Part shown: positions 45,739-53,941 of the stretch, piece after piece | Layout: each line of letters opens with the position of its first letter | How positions within the stretch are numbered: the stretch's first letter is position 1 | NCBI GenBank assembly: GCA_964415065.1 | Contig: CAYPYX010000010.1 | Coordinates: 864-64,863, forward strand | Source of the DNA: an uncultured Rhizobium sp. | Lineage (GTDB): Bacteria; Bacteroidota; Bacteroidia; NS11-12g; UBA955 | Reading direction: 5' to 3' | Length of the DNA: 64,000 nucleotides | Translations under genes and position numbers: made by a program | The notes under the pieces: model-generated | Database searches by the model: none | What the model was told of the DNA's origin: nothing | The model's input: only the letters and a program-made list of their open reading frames with translations

Positions 45739-45741
45739 ATT

Positions 45742-46668
45742 ATGTCGAACAAAAAACATAAAGTAGCCATCATCGGGTCAGGAAATATTGGCACCGATTT
45801 AATGATTAAAATTCTTCGATACTCAGATGTATTAGAAATGGGTATAATGGTGGGAATTGATCCCGCATCAGACGGATTAGCTCGAGCATCTAGAATGGGA
45901 GTAGCGACTACTTCGGAAGGTATAGATGGATTGATCAATAGTGAAGTTTGGCCGGAAATCGATTTTGTTTTTGATGCTACAAGTGCAAAGGCACATATAA
46001 TCAACAATGAGAAAATTTCACAATTCCCAGGTAAACGTATCATAGATTTAACACCTGCAGCAATTGGTCCTTTTATGATTCCGCCTGTTAATTTTAATGA
46101 ACTTTCTAATTCGGCAAACGTAAATATGGTAACATGTGGAGGACAAGCAACCATACCTATTGTTGCAGCGGTTTCTCGAGTAGCCAAAGTGTATTACGGT
46201 GAAATTGTAGCGAGTATTTCATCCAAATCTGCTGGGCCTGGAACCAGAGCCAATATTGATGAATTTACGGAAACTACATCCCACGGAATAGAAAAAGTTG
46301 GAGGGGCACAGAAAGGAAAAGCAATCATCGTATTGAATCCAGCAGAACCACCATTGGTGATGCGAGATACCGTTTTCACTTTAAGTGAAATGGCCGATAA
46401 AGAAGCTATTCGAAATAGCATTCACGAGATGGTACTTGAAGTTCAAAAGTACGTTCCAGGATACAAACTACATCAAGAGGTTCAATTTGAAGAGATTACA
46501 GAACCTGTGTTTATCGAAGGAGTGGGACATGTTTCGGGATTGAAAACCATGGTATTACTTCAAGTAACTGGTGCTGGTCATTATTTGCCTGATTACGCAG
46601 GTAATTTAGATATAATGACAAGCGCGGCTAAAGCTACTGCAGAACGAATGGTTCAAAATTGGGGTTGA
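45742..46668 (+). CDS. dmpF: Acetaldehyde dehydrogenase (acetylating)
   Basis: [34 protein letters not shown] (catalytic Cys), and [17 protein letters not shown]. Confidence 0.95.
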   Translation: MSNKKHKVAIIGSGNIGTDLMIKILRYSDVLEMGIMVGIDPASDGLARASRMGVATTSEGIDGLINSEVWPEIDFVFDATSAKAHIINNEKISQFPGKRIIDLTPAAIGPFMIPPVNFNELSNSANVNMVTCGGQATIPIVAAVSRVAKVYYGEIVASISSKSAGPGTRANIDEFTETTSHGIEKVGGAQKGKAIIVLNPAEPPLVMRDTVFTLSEMADKEAIRNSIHEMVLEVQKYVPGYKLHQEVQFEEITEPVFIEGVGHVSGLKTMVLLQVTGAGHYLPDYAGNLDIMTSAAKATAERMVQNWG

Positions 46669-46783
46669 TTTTCCTAGGAGGAAAGATTGGGATTTGATTT
46701 TGAAAATGAATTTGTTAAATAGGCTGTGAATTTGTGATCTGGTAAGATTGAAAATTGATGGGCTGAAAATATAAAAAAAGATA

Positions 46784-47818
46784 ATGACACAAAAACTTTA
46801 TATACAAGATGTTACGTTGAGGGATGGTCAACATGCAATTCGGCATAAATACACGATTGAACAAGTTCGGGAAATTGCACGTGCTTTGGAAGCGGCAAAA
46901 GTAGATGCTGTAGAAGTGGCACACGGTGATGGTTTAGCTGGTGGTAGTTTTAATTATGGTTTTGGTTCGCATACCGATTGGGATTGGATTGAAGCTGTGG
47001 GAAAGGAACTATCGCATGCAAAATTAACTACCTTGTTATTGCCGGGAATTGGAACGATTGATGATTTGAAGAGAGCTCGAGATTTAGGGGTTCAGTCTGT
47101 TCGAATTGCAACCCATTGTACTGAAGCTGATATTTCTGCTCAACACATTGATGCTGCTCGAAAGCTGGGAATGGACGTTGCAGGTTTTCTCATGATGGCC
47201 CATATGAATTCTCCCGAGAAATTAGCCGAACAGGCGAAATTGATGGAAAGTTACGGTGCTCATTGTGTATATGTAACCGATTCAGCGGGTGCGTTATTGC
47301 CAGACGACGTTAGAGATAGAATGCTGGCATTTAAATCGGTTTTATTGGCAGAAACGGAAATTGGAATTCATTGTCATCATAACTTATCTTTGGGTGTAGC
47401 TAATACCATAGTTGCAATGCAGCATGGAGCAAAAAGATTAGATGCTTCTTTAGCAGGAATGGGAGCAGGTGCGGGAAATGCTCCTTTGGAAGTACTAATT
47501 GCCGTTTTAAATAAAATGGGTGCTAATCATGGATCTGACTTGTATGCATTGATGGACGCAGCGGATGATTTAATAAGACCACTGCAAGTTCGTCCTGTAC
47601 GTGTGGATCGCGAAACATTATCCTTGGGGTATGCAGGTGTGTATTCTAGTTTTCTACTGCATGCAGAAAAAGCAGGTAAGCATTATGGCATTGATACCAG
47701 AACGATTTTAGAAGAATTAGGTCGTCGTAAAATGGTAGGTGGTCAAGAAGATATGATCGTAGATGTGGCTTTGGATCTGATGAAGTCAAATAAATTTTCG
47801 ACGGGGGATACAAAATGA
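46784..47818 (+). CDS. dmpG: 4-hydroxy-2-oxovalerate aldolase
   Basis: [41 protein letters not shown] and [17 protein letters not shown]. Confidence 0.95.
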   Translation: MTQKLYIQDVTLRDGQHAIRHKYTIEQVREIARALEAAKVDAVEVAHGDGLAGGSFNYGFGSHTDWDWIEAVGKELSHAKLTTLLLPGIGTIDDLKRARDLGVQSVRIATHCTEADISAQHIDAARKLGMDVAGFLMMAHMNSPEKLAEQAKLMESYGAHCVYVTDSAGALLPDDVRDRMLAFKSVLLAETEIGIHCHHNLSLGVANTIVAMQHGAKRLDASLAGMGAGAGNAPLEVLIAVLNKMGANHGSDLYALMDAADDLIRPLQVRPVRVDRETLSLGYAGVYSSFLLHAEKAGKHYGIDTRTILEELGRRKMVGGQEDMIVDVALDLMKSNKFSTGDTK

Positions 47819-47855
47819 TAATGTGAAAGTCATAATTTTGCAAATTGAAATAACT

Positions 47856-48503
47856 ATGAAAAATACAATTTCATTAAAATCATTGGCCATTCTTTTTGGA
47901 GGAGCCATGTTCTTTACGAGCTGCATTAACTCAAAAGAGGCTTACGACAAATCTAAGTTGTCTGGTTTTGTAGCCAATCAAACCACTGATTTGATCGCTA
48001 AGAATCAAAAAACTACCGACAATTCAGGTATTGAAAAGAAATTATCTGAAGTAGAAACCCGCGTAAACGCATTGGATGCGAACAACGAAAAAGCGGCTAA
48101 ATTGGTTGCTGAATTGGAAAAGAAAATGGACGATTTAGAAACGTTGGAAAAAGAATCCAAAGCGGAGTTCGAACGTTCAAACAATGCAGTAGTTTTCTTT
48201 GAATTAGGCTCTGCTCAGTTATCTACTGCTGGAATGCAAGAGCTTTATCGCTGGAAATCGGCTTTAGACAAGAGCAAATCAGCTTACAATTACAACGTGA
48301 ATTTATTTGCATCCGCGGACAAAACAGGTAATGCTAAAGTAAATGATAAGCTAAGAGCAAAAAGAGCAGATGCTGTGAAAAACTTCTTAGTGAATGTATT
48401 GGGAGTTACTGCACCAATTCAAGTTACCACAACTCAACCTTCTTTCTCTAAAGAGAACACGGTTGATCGTCGTGTGATGATCAGCATCAGCATCAATAAT
48501 TAA
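47856..48503 (+). CDS. OmpA-family protein (lipoprotein-like, coiled-coil plus OmpA_C-like domain)
   Basis: MKNTISLKSLAILFGGAMFFTSC lipobox. C-terminal VVFFELGSAQLS...NDKLRAKRADAVKNFLV. Confidence 0.85.
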   Translation: MKNTISLKSLAILFGGAMFFTSCINSKEAYDKSKLSGFVANQTTDLIAKNQKTTDNSGIEKKLSEVETRVNALDANNEKAAKLVAELEKKMDDLETLEKESKAEFERSNNAVVFFELGSAQLSTAGMQELYRWKSALDKSKSAYNYNVNLFASADKTGNAKVNDKLRAKRADAVKNFLVNVLGVTAPIQVTTTQPSFSKENTVDRRVMISISINN

Positions 48504-48646
48504 TTTCAGAGTATTTCTGATAATTGAATAGTGTTTTAAATTGTTGAATACATAAAATAGATTTAGTAAAATATTGCACTTAATCCATTTAGCAGCAAAT
48601 TTGAAATTGCATTAGTTTTGGAAATACAATTTATATGATATTAAAG

Positions 48647-48674
48647 AAAAAGGGGAGCTTGCTCCCCTTTTTTT
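48647..48674 (+). terminator. Rho-independent terminator after the OmpA-family gene
   Basis: Stem ggggag / ctcccc with loop cttg, followed by T7. An A-rich run upstream would allow bidirectional use. Confidence 0.7.
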
Positions 48675-48720
48675 ATGAAATAAATTGCTGAACTTTGATC
48701 CTATTAACTTGTTAACGATC

Positions 48721-51700
48721 ATGATCAGAATGAAATTCTTGTTTTGTGCACTATTTAGTTTAAGTACTTTCAGTTTAAGTAATGCCCAAGTTAGGCAAGC
48801 TCCCACAACTAAATCCAAAACAAACTCTCAGAATATCCCCGAAAAAACAAAAAATAACCCTTCTCGAACAAATCAGTCAACTACTCAAAAAACCAGAATA
48901 AATCCAACCCAATCAATCATGCCTTTACTCGATGTCGAACGGCCAGTAAAAGGTTTACCTGTTGGGGAGGGTGTAGATGCCTTTGAAGTAGAAGGAGACG
49001 CTTTTGCAATTAGACAGCGTCAAGCAAAAGACTACAAACAATACGTAAATCCATTTATAGGTACTGGTGGGCATGGACATACTTTTCCTGGTGCTGTAGC
49101 GCCGTTCGGAATGGTGCAGCTAAGTCCTGATACTCGAAATGATGCTTCATGGGATGCTTGTGGCGGTTATTATTACAATGATTCAACTATTTTAGGATTC
49201 TCACACACCCATTTAAGTGGCACGGGTGTGTCGGATTTAGGAGATATATTGTTCCAGCCTACGGATGGTCCGAAATTTGATCCCAAAGAATACAGAGAAG
49301 CCTATTTACATCGCGATGAAGTGGCAACGCCAGGTTATTACAGCGTGCGATACCGCAGAACACGTATAAGAACTGAATTGACCGCATCAGATTACACCGG
49401 TATTCAGAGATATGAATTTTCCAATCCCAATGAAGCATGGGTGATTATAGATTTGGAACACCGCGATCAACTTTTGTCTTTTTCCTTGGATTTAGAGAAT
49501 TTTAAACCGGGTTCCGATATTGAAGACCAAGGAATTTATCGCATCAGAGGCCACAGACAAAGCAAGGCATGGGCAAATAATCAATGGGTCTTTTTTGTGA
49601 CTGAATTTTCTCAACCTATATTGAAATTTCAATACAATGAAAATAAAACCAAATTAGCTTTGTGCTTTAGGAAATCGGTTATACCAAATATCGATAATAG
49701 CGATGGACGATTCCCTCAAATCCCGGAAAAGAAGTTTTTAGACATTCGAAGTAATTCAGCCTTTACGTTAGAAGTAAGAACAACTATATCATTTACTTCT
49801 TTAGAAGGTGCTGAAAAAAATGAACAATTTACATTGAATCAGCTTAATGAAAAATTGATGCAATTTCGGGGACCAAAAGGTATGGGCGATGATATGTCGC
49901 CTTTTCAATTTGTGAAAGTAGAAAATAAAAACTGGTCGGAAGAATACATAAATATATTGGGGAATTCCGGAAATGAGATTTCCAAAAGCGTATCGAATCA
50001 GAAGTTACCCATAAATTATTTCGAATTGATGAAAAAATCCACAGAAATCAATTGGAATAGTGAATTGAGTAGAATTAAAGTGGATTTCAATTTGTATCAA
50101 AATGAAAACGGCTCGCTGCAAAATTTAGTTAATTTTTATACCGCTCTATATCACACATTTATTCATCCTTCTTTAGCTTCAGATTGTGATGGGAATTATC
50201 GTGGTAGAGATCAGAAACTGCATACGGCAAGTCATCGTGTTTATCATGTGTTTTCGTTGTGGGACACCTACAGAACGCTGCATCCATTATTGACATTAGT
50301 TCAGCGTAAACGTACCCGGGAATTTGTACGTAGCATGTTGTTGCAATACAAAGACGGAGGGAAATTACCAGTTTGGGAATTAGGGTCGTGTGAAACCAAT
50401 TGTATGATTGGCTTTCACAGTGTGCCTGTGATCGCTGAAGCGCTGGCTAAAGGAATTGATCTACAATTGGACGGTACGGATGGACTGACTGAAGAACTTT
50501 TAGTTAAGGCAATAATGGAAAGTAGCAACGGAAAGGAATTGTCGTATCAATATGCTATTCCCACAGCGCACGAATTATTAACCATTTATAATTTGAAATT
50601 AGGTTATATGGATGTACTCAAAGAAGCAGAATCGGTTTCAAAAACTTTAGAATACGCGTATGACGATTTTTGCACTAGGAGAGTTTTAGAGTTATTAGAC
50701 GGTTTTGAATCTTCTACGGGGGATGTGTATTCAGGAAAATATGATTCTTTAGTCCGCGAATTAAAGCGCCGAGAAAATCGCTGGATGAATTTATACGATT
50801 CAGAGAGTAAATCTTTTAGACCTAAGCATAATGGGCAGTTTTTAAGTCCTTTCCAACGCAATGAAGTCAATAATCATTACACGGAAGCAAATGCTTGGCA
50901 ATATTCACTTGCGGTGCAGCACAATGTTTTGGGATTATTTCAAGTGTATGGTGGATACAACGGTTTTAAAACACATTTAGATACGTTGTTTTATGGCTCA
51001 AGTAAAACCTCCGGAAGGGAACAGGCGGACATTTCAGGTTTAATTGGACAATATGCACACGGAAATGAACCCAGTCACCACATGACTTATCTTTACAACT
51101 ATTTAAATCGAAAGGATCAGACTCAGAAAATTCTTTGGAATATTTATAGCAATTTCTATAAAAACAGCCCAGACGGATTAATTGGAAATGAAGATTGTGG
51201 GCAAATGAGTGCTTGGTATGTAATGTCTGCTTTAGGAATATATCCGGTAGCACCTGGTACGAATCAGTATGAATTGGGATTGCCGTTGTTTCCCAGAGTA
51301 CAATTATTTACAGAACAGGGTGATACTTTTACTTTTTCGAGGGATAAAGCCACGGAAAATGAATTGTGGTTTATGTACAACGGTTTGAACCCGATGCATT
51401 TTGAATTAAATACGGATGGTGATTTAGAGAAATATCTAAAGAAGTTTGAAAATAGTAGTCAAACAGTAAAGCAATTCACAGAAACAGAATTTTACAAGAA
51501 GAATAAGGAGGAGCTATTTTATCATTCTACTTACGTACCTAGAATTGGTTATCACTATTTAGAAATATTTAAAGAGGTTAAGTTTAAACGGGTTAAAAGT
51601 ATTTCACCGAATGCAGATGAAATTAGGGGTATAGAAAAACAATTTCATGAACTGATTTCGTTGAATAGTGCCATTTCGAATATATCTGACGAAATAGCAA

Positions 51701-52716
51701 TTCGGGCTGAAATAACATCCCCCAGAAAGGTAAAAAAAGGTGAGCGTTATACCGTTGACATCAAGCCAGTTGATATGCTGAACGCAGTCAATATGACGGA
51801 TAGATTAAATGGTGGTATGGAGCGGGGTATTAATTTAGGTACTGAGCAAAAAAAGAGTTTAGATGGTGTTGAGTTAAATCAGTCTAGAATGGGATTGCAT
51901 GTTTTTGTCCGATTAATGAATGAATCTATTAATAATCATTCTTCATTTTCTGGAAGAACATTGCCTGGACAATTTACACAGATATATGTATTGTCTTTAT
52001 CTGATACTGCGGTGCGTTTGAATTTAACGGGTCCTGCGTTGATTTGGGCTGCGTATGGAGATACGGCAGTGAATTCGATAACGAGATTAAATTATACTGC
52101 CAGTTATGTGTATGAACAGCCAAATAATTACGAGGTGATTTCGATTACTGGGAAATACAATCCTCAATATTCGGGAGGTGGGGATCAGGCGTTAATTGAT
52201 GGTGTTTTGGGAAGTGAAGAATGGCGAGCAGGAGGATGGCAAGGGTATCAAAGTCAGGACTTTGAATGTGTGATTGATTTAAAAGAATTAACCGAAATTA
52301 AGTATTTGGGAATTCGTTTTCTTGCCGATCAACGAGCATGGATATTCGAACCTAAAGACGTCGAATTTTATTATTCTGAAGACGGAAAAGAGTATAAATT
52401 GTTCAATAGGTTTGATTTTAGAGGTCTGATTAGGGAAGAAACAGTGATTGTTCCTTTAGTTTTGGGAAAGGGTGATGCCTCAGGCTTACGGCAACAACCT
52501 GATTCCAGCGTGAATGGATTTTCTGGAGGGATTAAGTTGTCCAAAAAGAAAAGGCACAAACATAAAGATCAAAAGATCACGGCTCGATATATAAAGGTTA
52601 AGGCAAAGAATTTCGGCAAATTACCCCCTAGGCATCCAGGTTATGAATACAATGGTGAAGCGTTTATTTTCGTGGATGAGATTCTAATTAACCCAGAGGT
52701 AATGGAATTGTTGTAA
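48721..52716 (+). CDS. GH92 alpha-mannosidase with a C-terminal F5/8 type C (discoidin) domain
   Basis: YVNPFIGTGGHGHTFPGAVAPFGMVQLSPDT, FSHTHLSGTG and GNEDCGQMSAWYV are GH92 hallmarks. A discoidin-like tail (WRAGGWQGYQ...ARYIKVKAKN) is present. ATG at 48721 (MIRMKFLF signal peptide); the track start at 48685 is a TTG. Confidence 0.93.
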   Translation: MIRMKFLFCALFSLSTFSLSNAQVRQAPTTKSKTNSQNIPEKTKNNPSRTNQSTTQKTRINPTQSIMPLLDVERPVKGLPVGEGVDAFEVEGDAFAIRQRQAKDYKQYVNPFIGTGGHGHTFPGAVAPFGMVQLSPDTRNDASWDACGGYYYNDSTILGFSHTHLSGTGVSDLGDILFQPTDGPKFDPKEYREAYLHRDEVATPGYYSVRYRRTRIRTELTASDYTGIQRYEFSNPNEAWVIIDLEHRDQLLSFSLDLENFKPGSDIEDQGIYRIRGHRQSKAWANNQWVFFVTEFSQPILKFQYNENKTKLALCFRKSVIPNIDNSDGRFPQIPEKKFLDIRSNSAFTLEVRTTISFTSLEGAEKNEQFTLNQLNEKLMQFRGPKGMGDDMSPFQFVKVENKNWSEEYINILGNSGNEISKSVSNQKLPINYFELMKKSTEINWNSELSRIKVDFNLYQNENGSLQNLVNFYTALYHTFIHPSLASDCDGNYRGRDQKLHTASHRVYHVFSLWDTYRTLHPLLTLVQRKRTREFVRSMLLQYKDGGKLPVWELGSCETNCMIGFHSVPVIAEALAKGIDLQLDGTDGLTEELLVKAIMESSNGKELSYQYAIPTAHELLTIYNLKLGYMDVLKEAESVSKTLEYAYDDFCTRRVLELLDGFESSTGDVYSGKYDSLVRELKRRENRWMNLYDSESKSFRPKHNGQFLSPFQRNEVNNHYTEANAWQYSLAVQHNVLGLFQVYGGYNGFKTHLDTLFYGSSKTSGREQADISGLIGQYAHGNEPSHHMTYLYNYLNRKDQTQKILWNIYSNFYKNSPDGLIGNEDCGQMSAWYVMSALGIYPVAPGTNQYELGLPLFPRVQLFTEQGDTFTFSRDKATENELWFMYNGLNPMHFELNTDGDLEKYLKKFENSSQTVKQFTETEFYKKNKEELFYHSTYVPRIGYHYLEIFKEVKFKRVKSISPNADEIRGIEKQFHELISLNSAISNISDEIAIRAEITSPRKVKKGERYTVDIKPVDMLNAVNMTDRLNGGMERGINLGTEQKKSLDGVELNQSRMGLHVFVRLMNESINNHSSFSGRTLPGQFTQIYVLSLSDTAVRLNLTGPALIWAAYGDTAVNSITRLNYTASYVYEQPNNYEVISITGKYNPQYSGGGDQALIDGVLGSEEWRAGGWQGYQSQDFECVIDLKELTEIKYLGIRFLADQRAWIFEPKDVEFYYSEDGKEYKLFNRFDFRGLIREETVIVPLVLGKGDASGLRQQPDSSVNGFSGGIKLSKKKRHKHKDQKITARYIKVKAKNFGKLPPRHPGYEYNGEAFIFVDEILINPEVMELL

Positions 52717-53452
52717 CATACATTCCTTTGTCGCGTATCTTGGCAATTCTCATGTGAATCCAGTAAAAGGCGGCAAAATGGAGTAATACGGCAAATTCCA
52801 AGCCCAAAATATACCAAGGCCACTCGCCGATGATAAACGGGTTTTGTGCATCTGGTTTTTGAGCAATGAACATGTAATTTGAGTTTAACAAGTAGTTAAT
52901 TAATCCAATTATTGGTAAGGTTAATTGTGTGTAACCCATAACTTTTAGCCAAGAGTGTTTACGCGGTGTGAAATTGAGACGGTAAGTAGCGTAAATACCT
53001 GTAATAATCACACCAGCGTGAGCTATTCCGTATTCCCAATGATTATAAATAGATGCACCATCGGTTATTTCAGGAGTTAAAAATGAGTGAATAGCGCCAG
53101 CTGACCAGAAAATGAGGAATTCATACGCCCATTGTTTTTTATTTAGTAATACAATAACACTAAGAATAGTTGAAAATGAACATAAGTGTAAGGGAAGGTG
53201 TACTTCTTTTTGCCAAATACCTGAGTAAAGGGCGTAAATCTGATTAAATATAAAATTAGAAATTAGAATTCCTGCGAGGATAGGGGTTATGATTTTTTTA
53301 GATTTTTCTGTTTTGGAAAAATACAATATTACAGCGGTACCTAGAATTAAGCCAATGTTAAGATAAATCCATGCTGGGGAACCTATTGCAATTGTATGGT
53401 GAAGTGCATTTCTGTCCATGAGTCTGAATATGAGTAAATTAAAGTTGGGCAA
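52688..53452 (-). CDS. Polytopic membrane protein (possibly YwaF/TMEM164-like)
   Basis: About seven TM helices with HLPLHLCSFS. Its 3' end overlaps the convergent GH92 gene by 29 nt. The family assignment is tentative. Confidence 0.7.
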   Translation of the reverse strand: MPNFNLLIFRLMDRNALHHTIAIGSPAWIYLNIGLILGTAVILYFSKTEKSKKIITPILAGILISNFIFNQIYALYSGIWQKEVHLPLHLCSFSTILSVIVLLNKKQWAYEFLIFWSAGAIHSFLTPEITDGASIYNHWEYGIAHAGVIITGIYATYRLNFTPRKHSWLKVMGYTQLTLPIIGLINYLLNSNYMFIAQKPDAQNPFIIGEWPWYILGLEFAVLLHFAAFYWIHMRIAKIRDKGMYVTTIPLPLG

Positions 53453-53674
53453 TATAGTAAAAATGAATTTAAATTCAAGTGGCGCAAAATAATTTCTAAA
53501 TGAATATGCAATGGTAAACCCAGTTGAATTATATGAGCTATTGACCCATAATCAGAAAAATAGAGGATATATGCATCAATTTAGCATATTAACATTCTGT
53601 ATAATTGGTAGTTTAGGTTCAAGGATAATGAAACTTTGAATAATACACCATACATTTCCGATCGATTTAAATGA

Positions 53675-53702
53675 CAAAAAAAGGCCACCTTTCGGGTGGC
53701 CT
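53675..53702 (-). terminator. Rho-independent terminator after the 59-aa mini-protein gene
   Basis: Stem aggccacc / ggtggcct with loop tttcg. An A8 run on the plus strand gives a T-run on the minus strand. Lies 24 nt past the stop at 53726. Confidence 0.75.
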
Positions 53703-53725
53703 CTATACAATTTGAATTAATTTTA

Positions 53726-53905
53726 TTATTTGTTTTTGTTCTTCAAACGGTAAACACCATAAGCAATGGCTGAACCTACTACAGAAACAATACCACCATC
53801 TACAGGAACCTGCAAATCTGGATCATCAGGAACACCTTGTGCGAAAACGGCTTTAGTTGAAATGGCAAGTGCTACAAGGAGGAAAAGTTTAAAATTCTTT
53901 TTCAT
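53726..53905 (-). CDS. 59-aa mini-protein: signal peptide plus a PEP/PID-CTERM-like sorting tail (uncalled)
   Basis: My translation: MKKNFKLFLLVALAISTKAVFAQGVPDDPDLQVPVDGGIVSVVGSAIAYGVYRLKNKNK. It has a Sec signal with a VFA-Q site, a P-V-D-G-G motif, a TM helix and a basic cluster. ATG at 53905 and TAA at 53726..53728. A terminator follows. Confidence 0.65.
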   Translation of the reverse strand: MKKNFKLFLLVALAISTKAVFAQGVPDDPDLQVPVDGGIVSVVGSAIAYGVYRLKNKNK

Positions 53906-53941
53906 AATGCGAATATAATTATTTTTTTATTGTTTTACAAA

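Noticed and set aside
45471-46187. 238-aa minus-strand ORF overlapping the hydratase and acetaldehyde dehydrogenase genes.
   Set aside because: It is antisense to two strongly supported plus-strand genes. Its composition (Ser/Pro/Ile-rich with no motifs) is typical of a shadow ORF.
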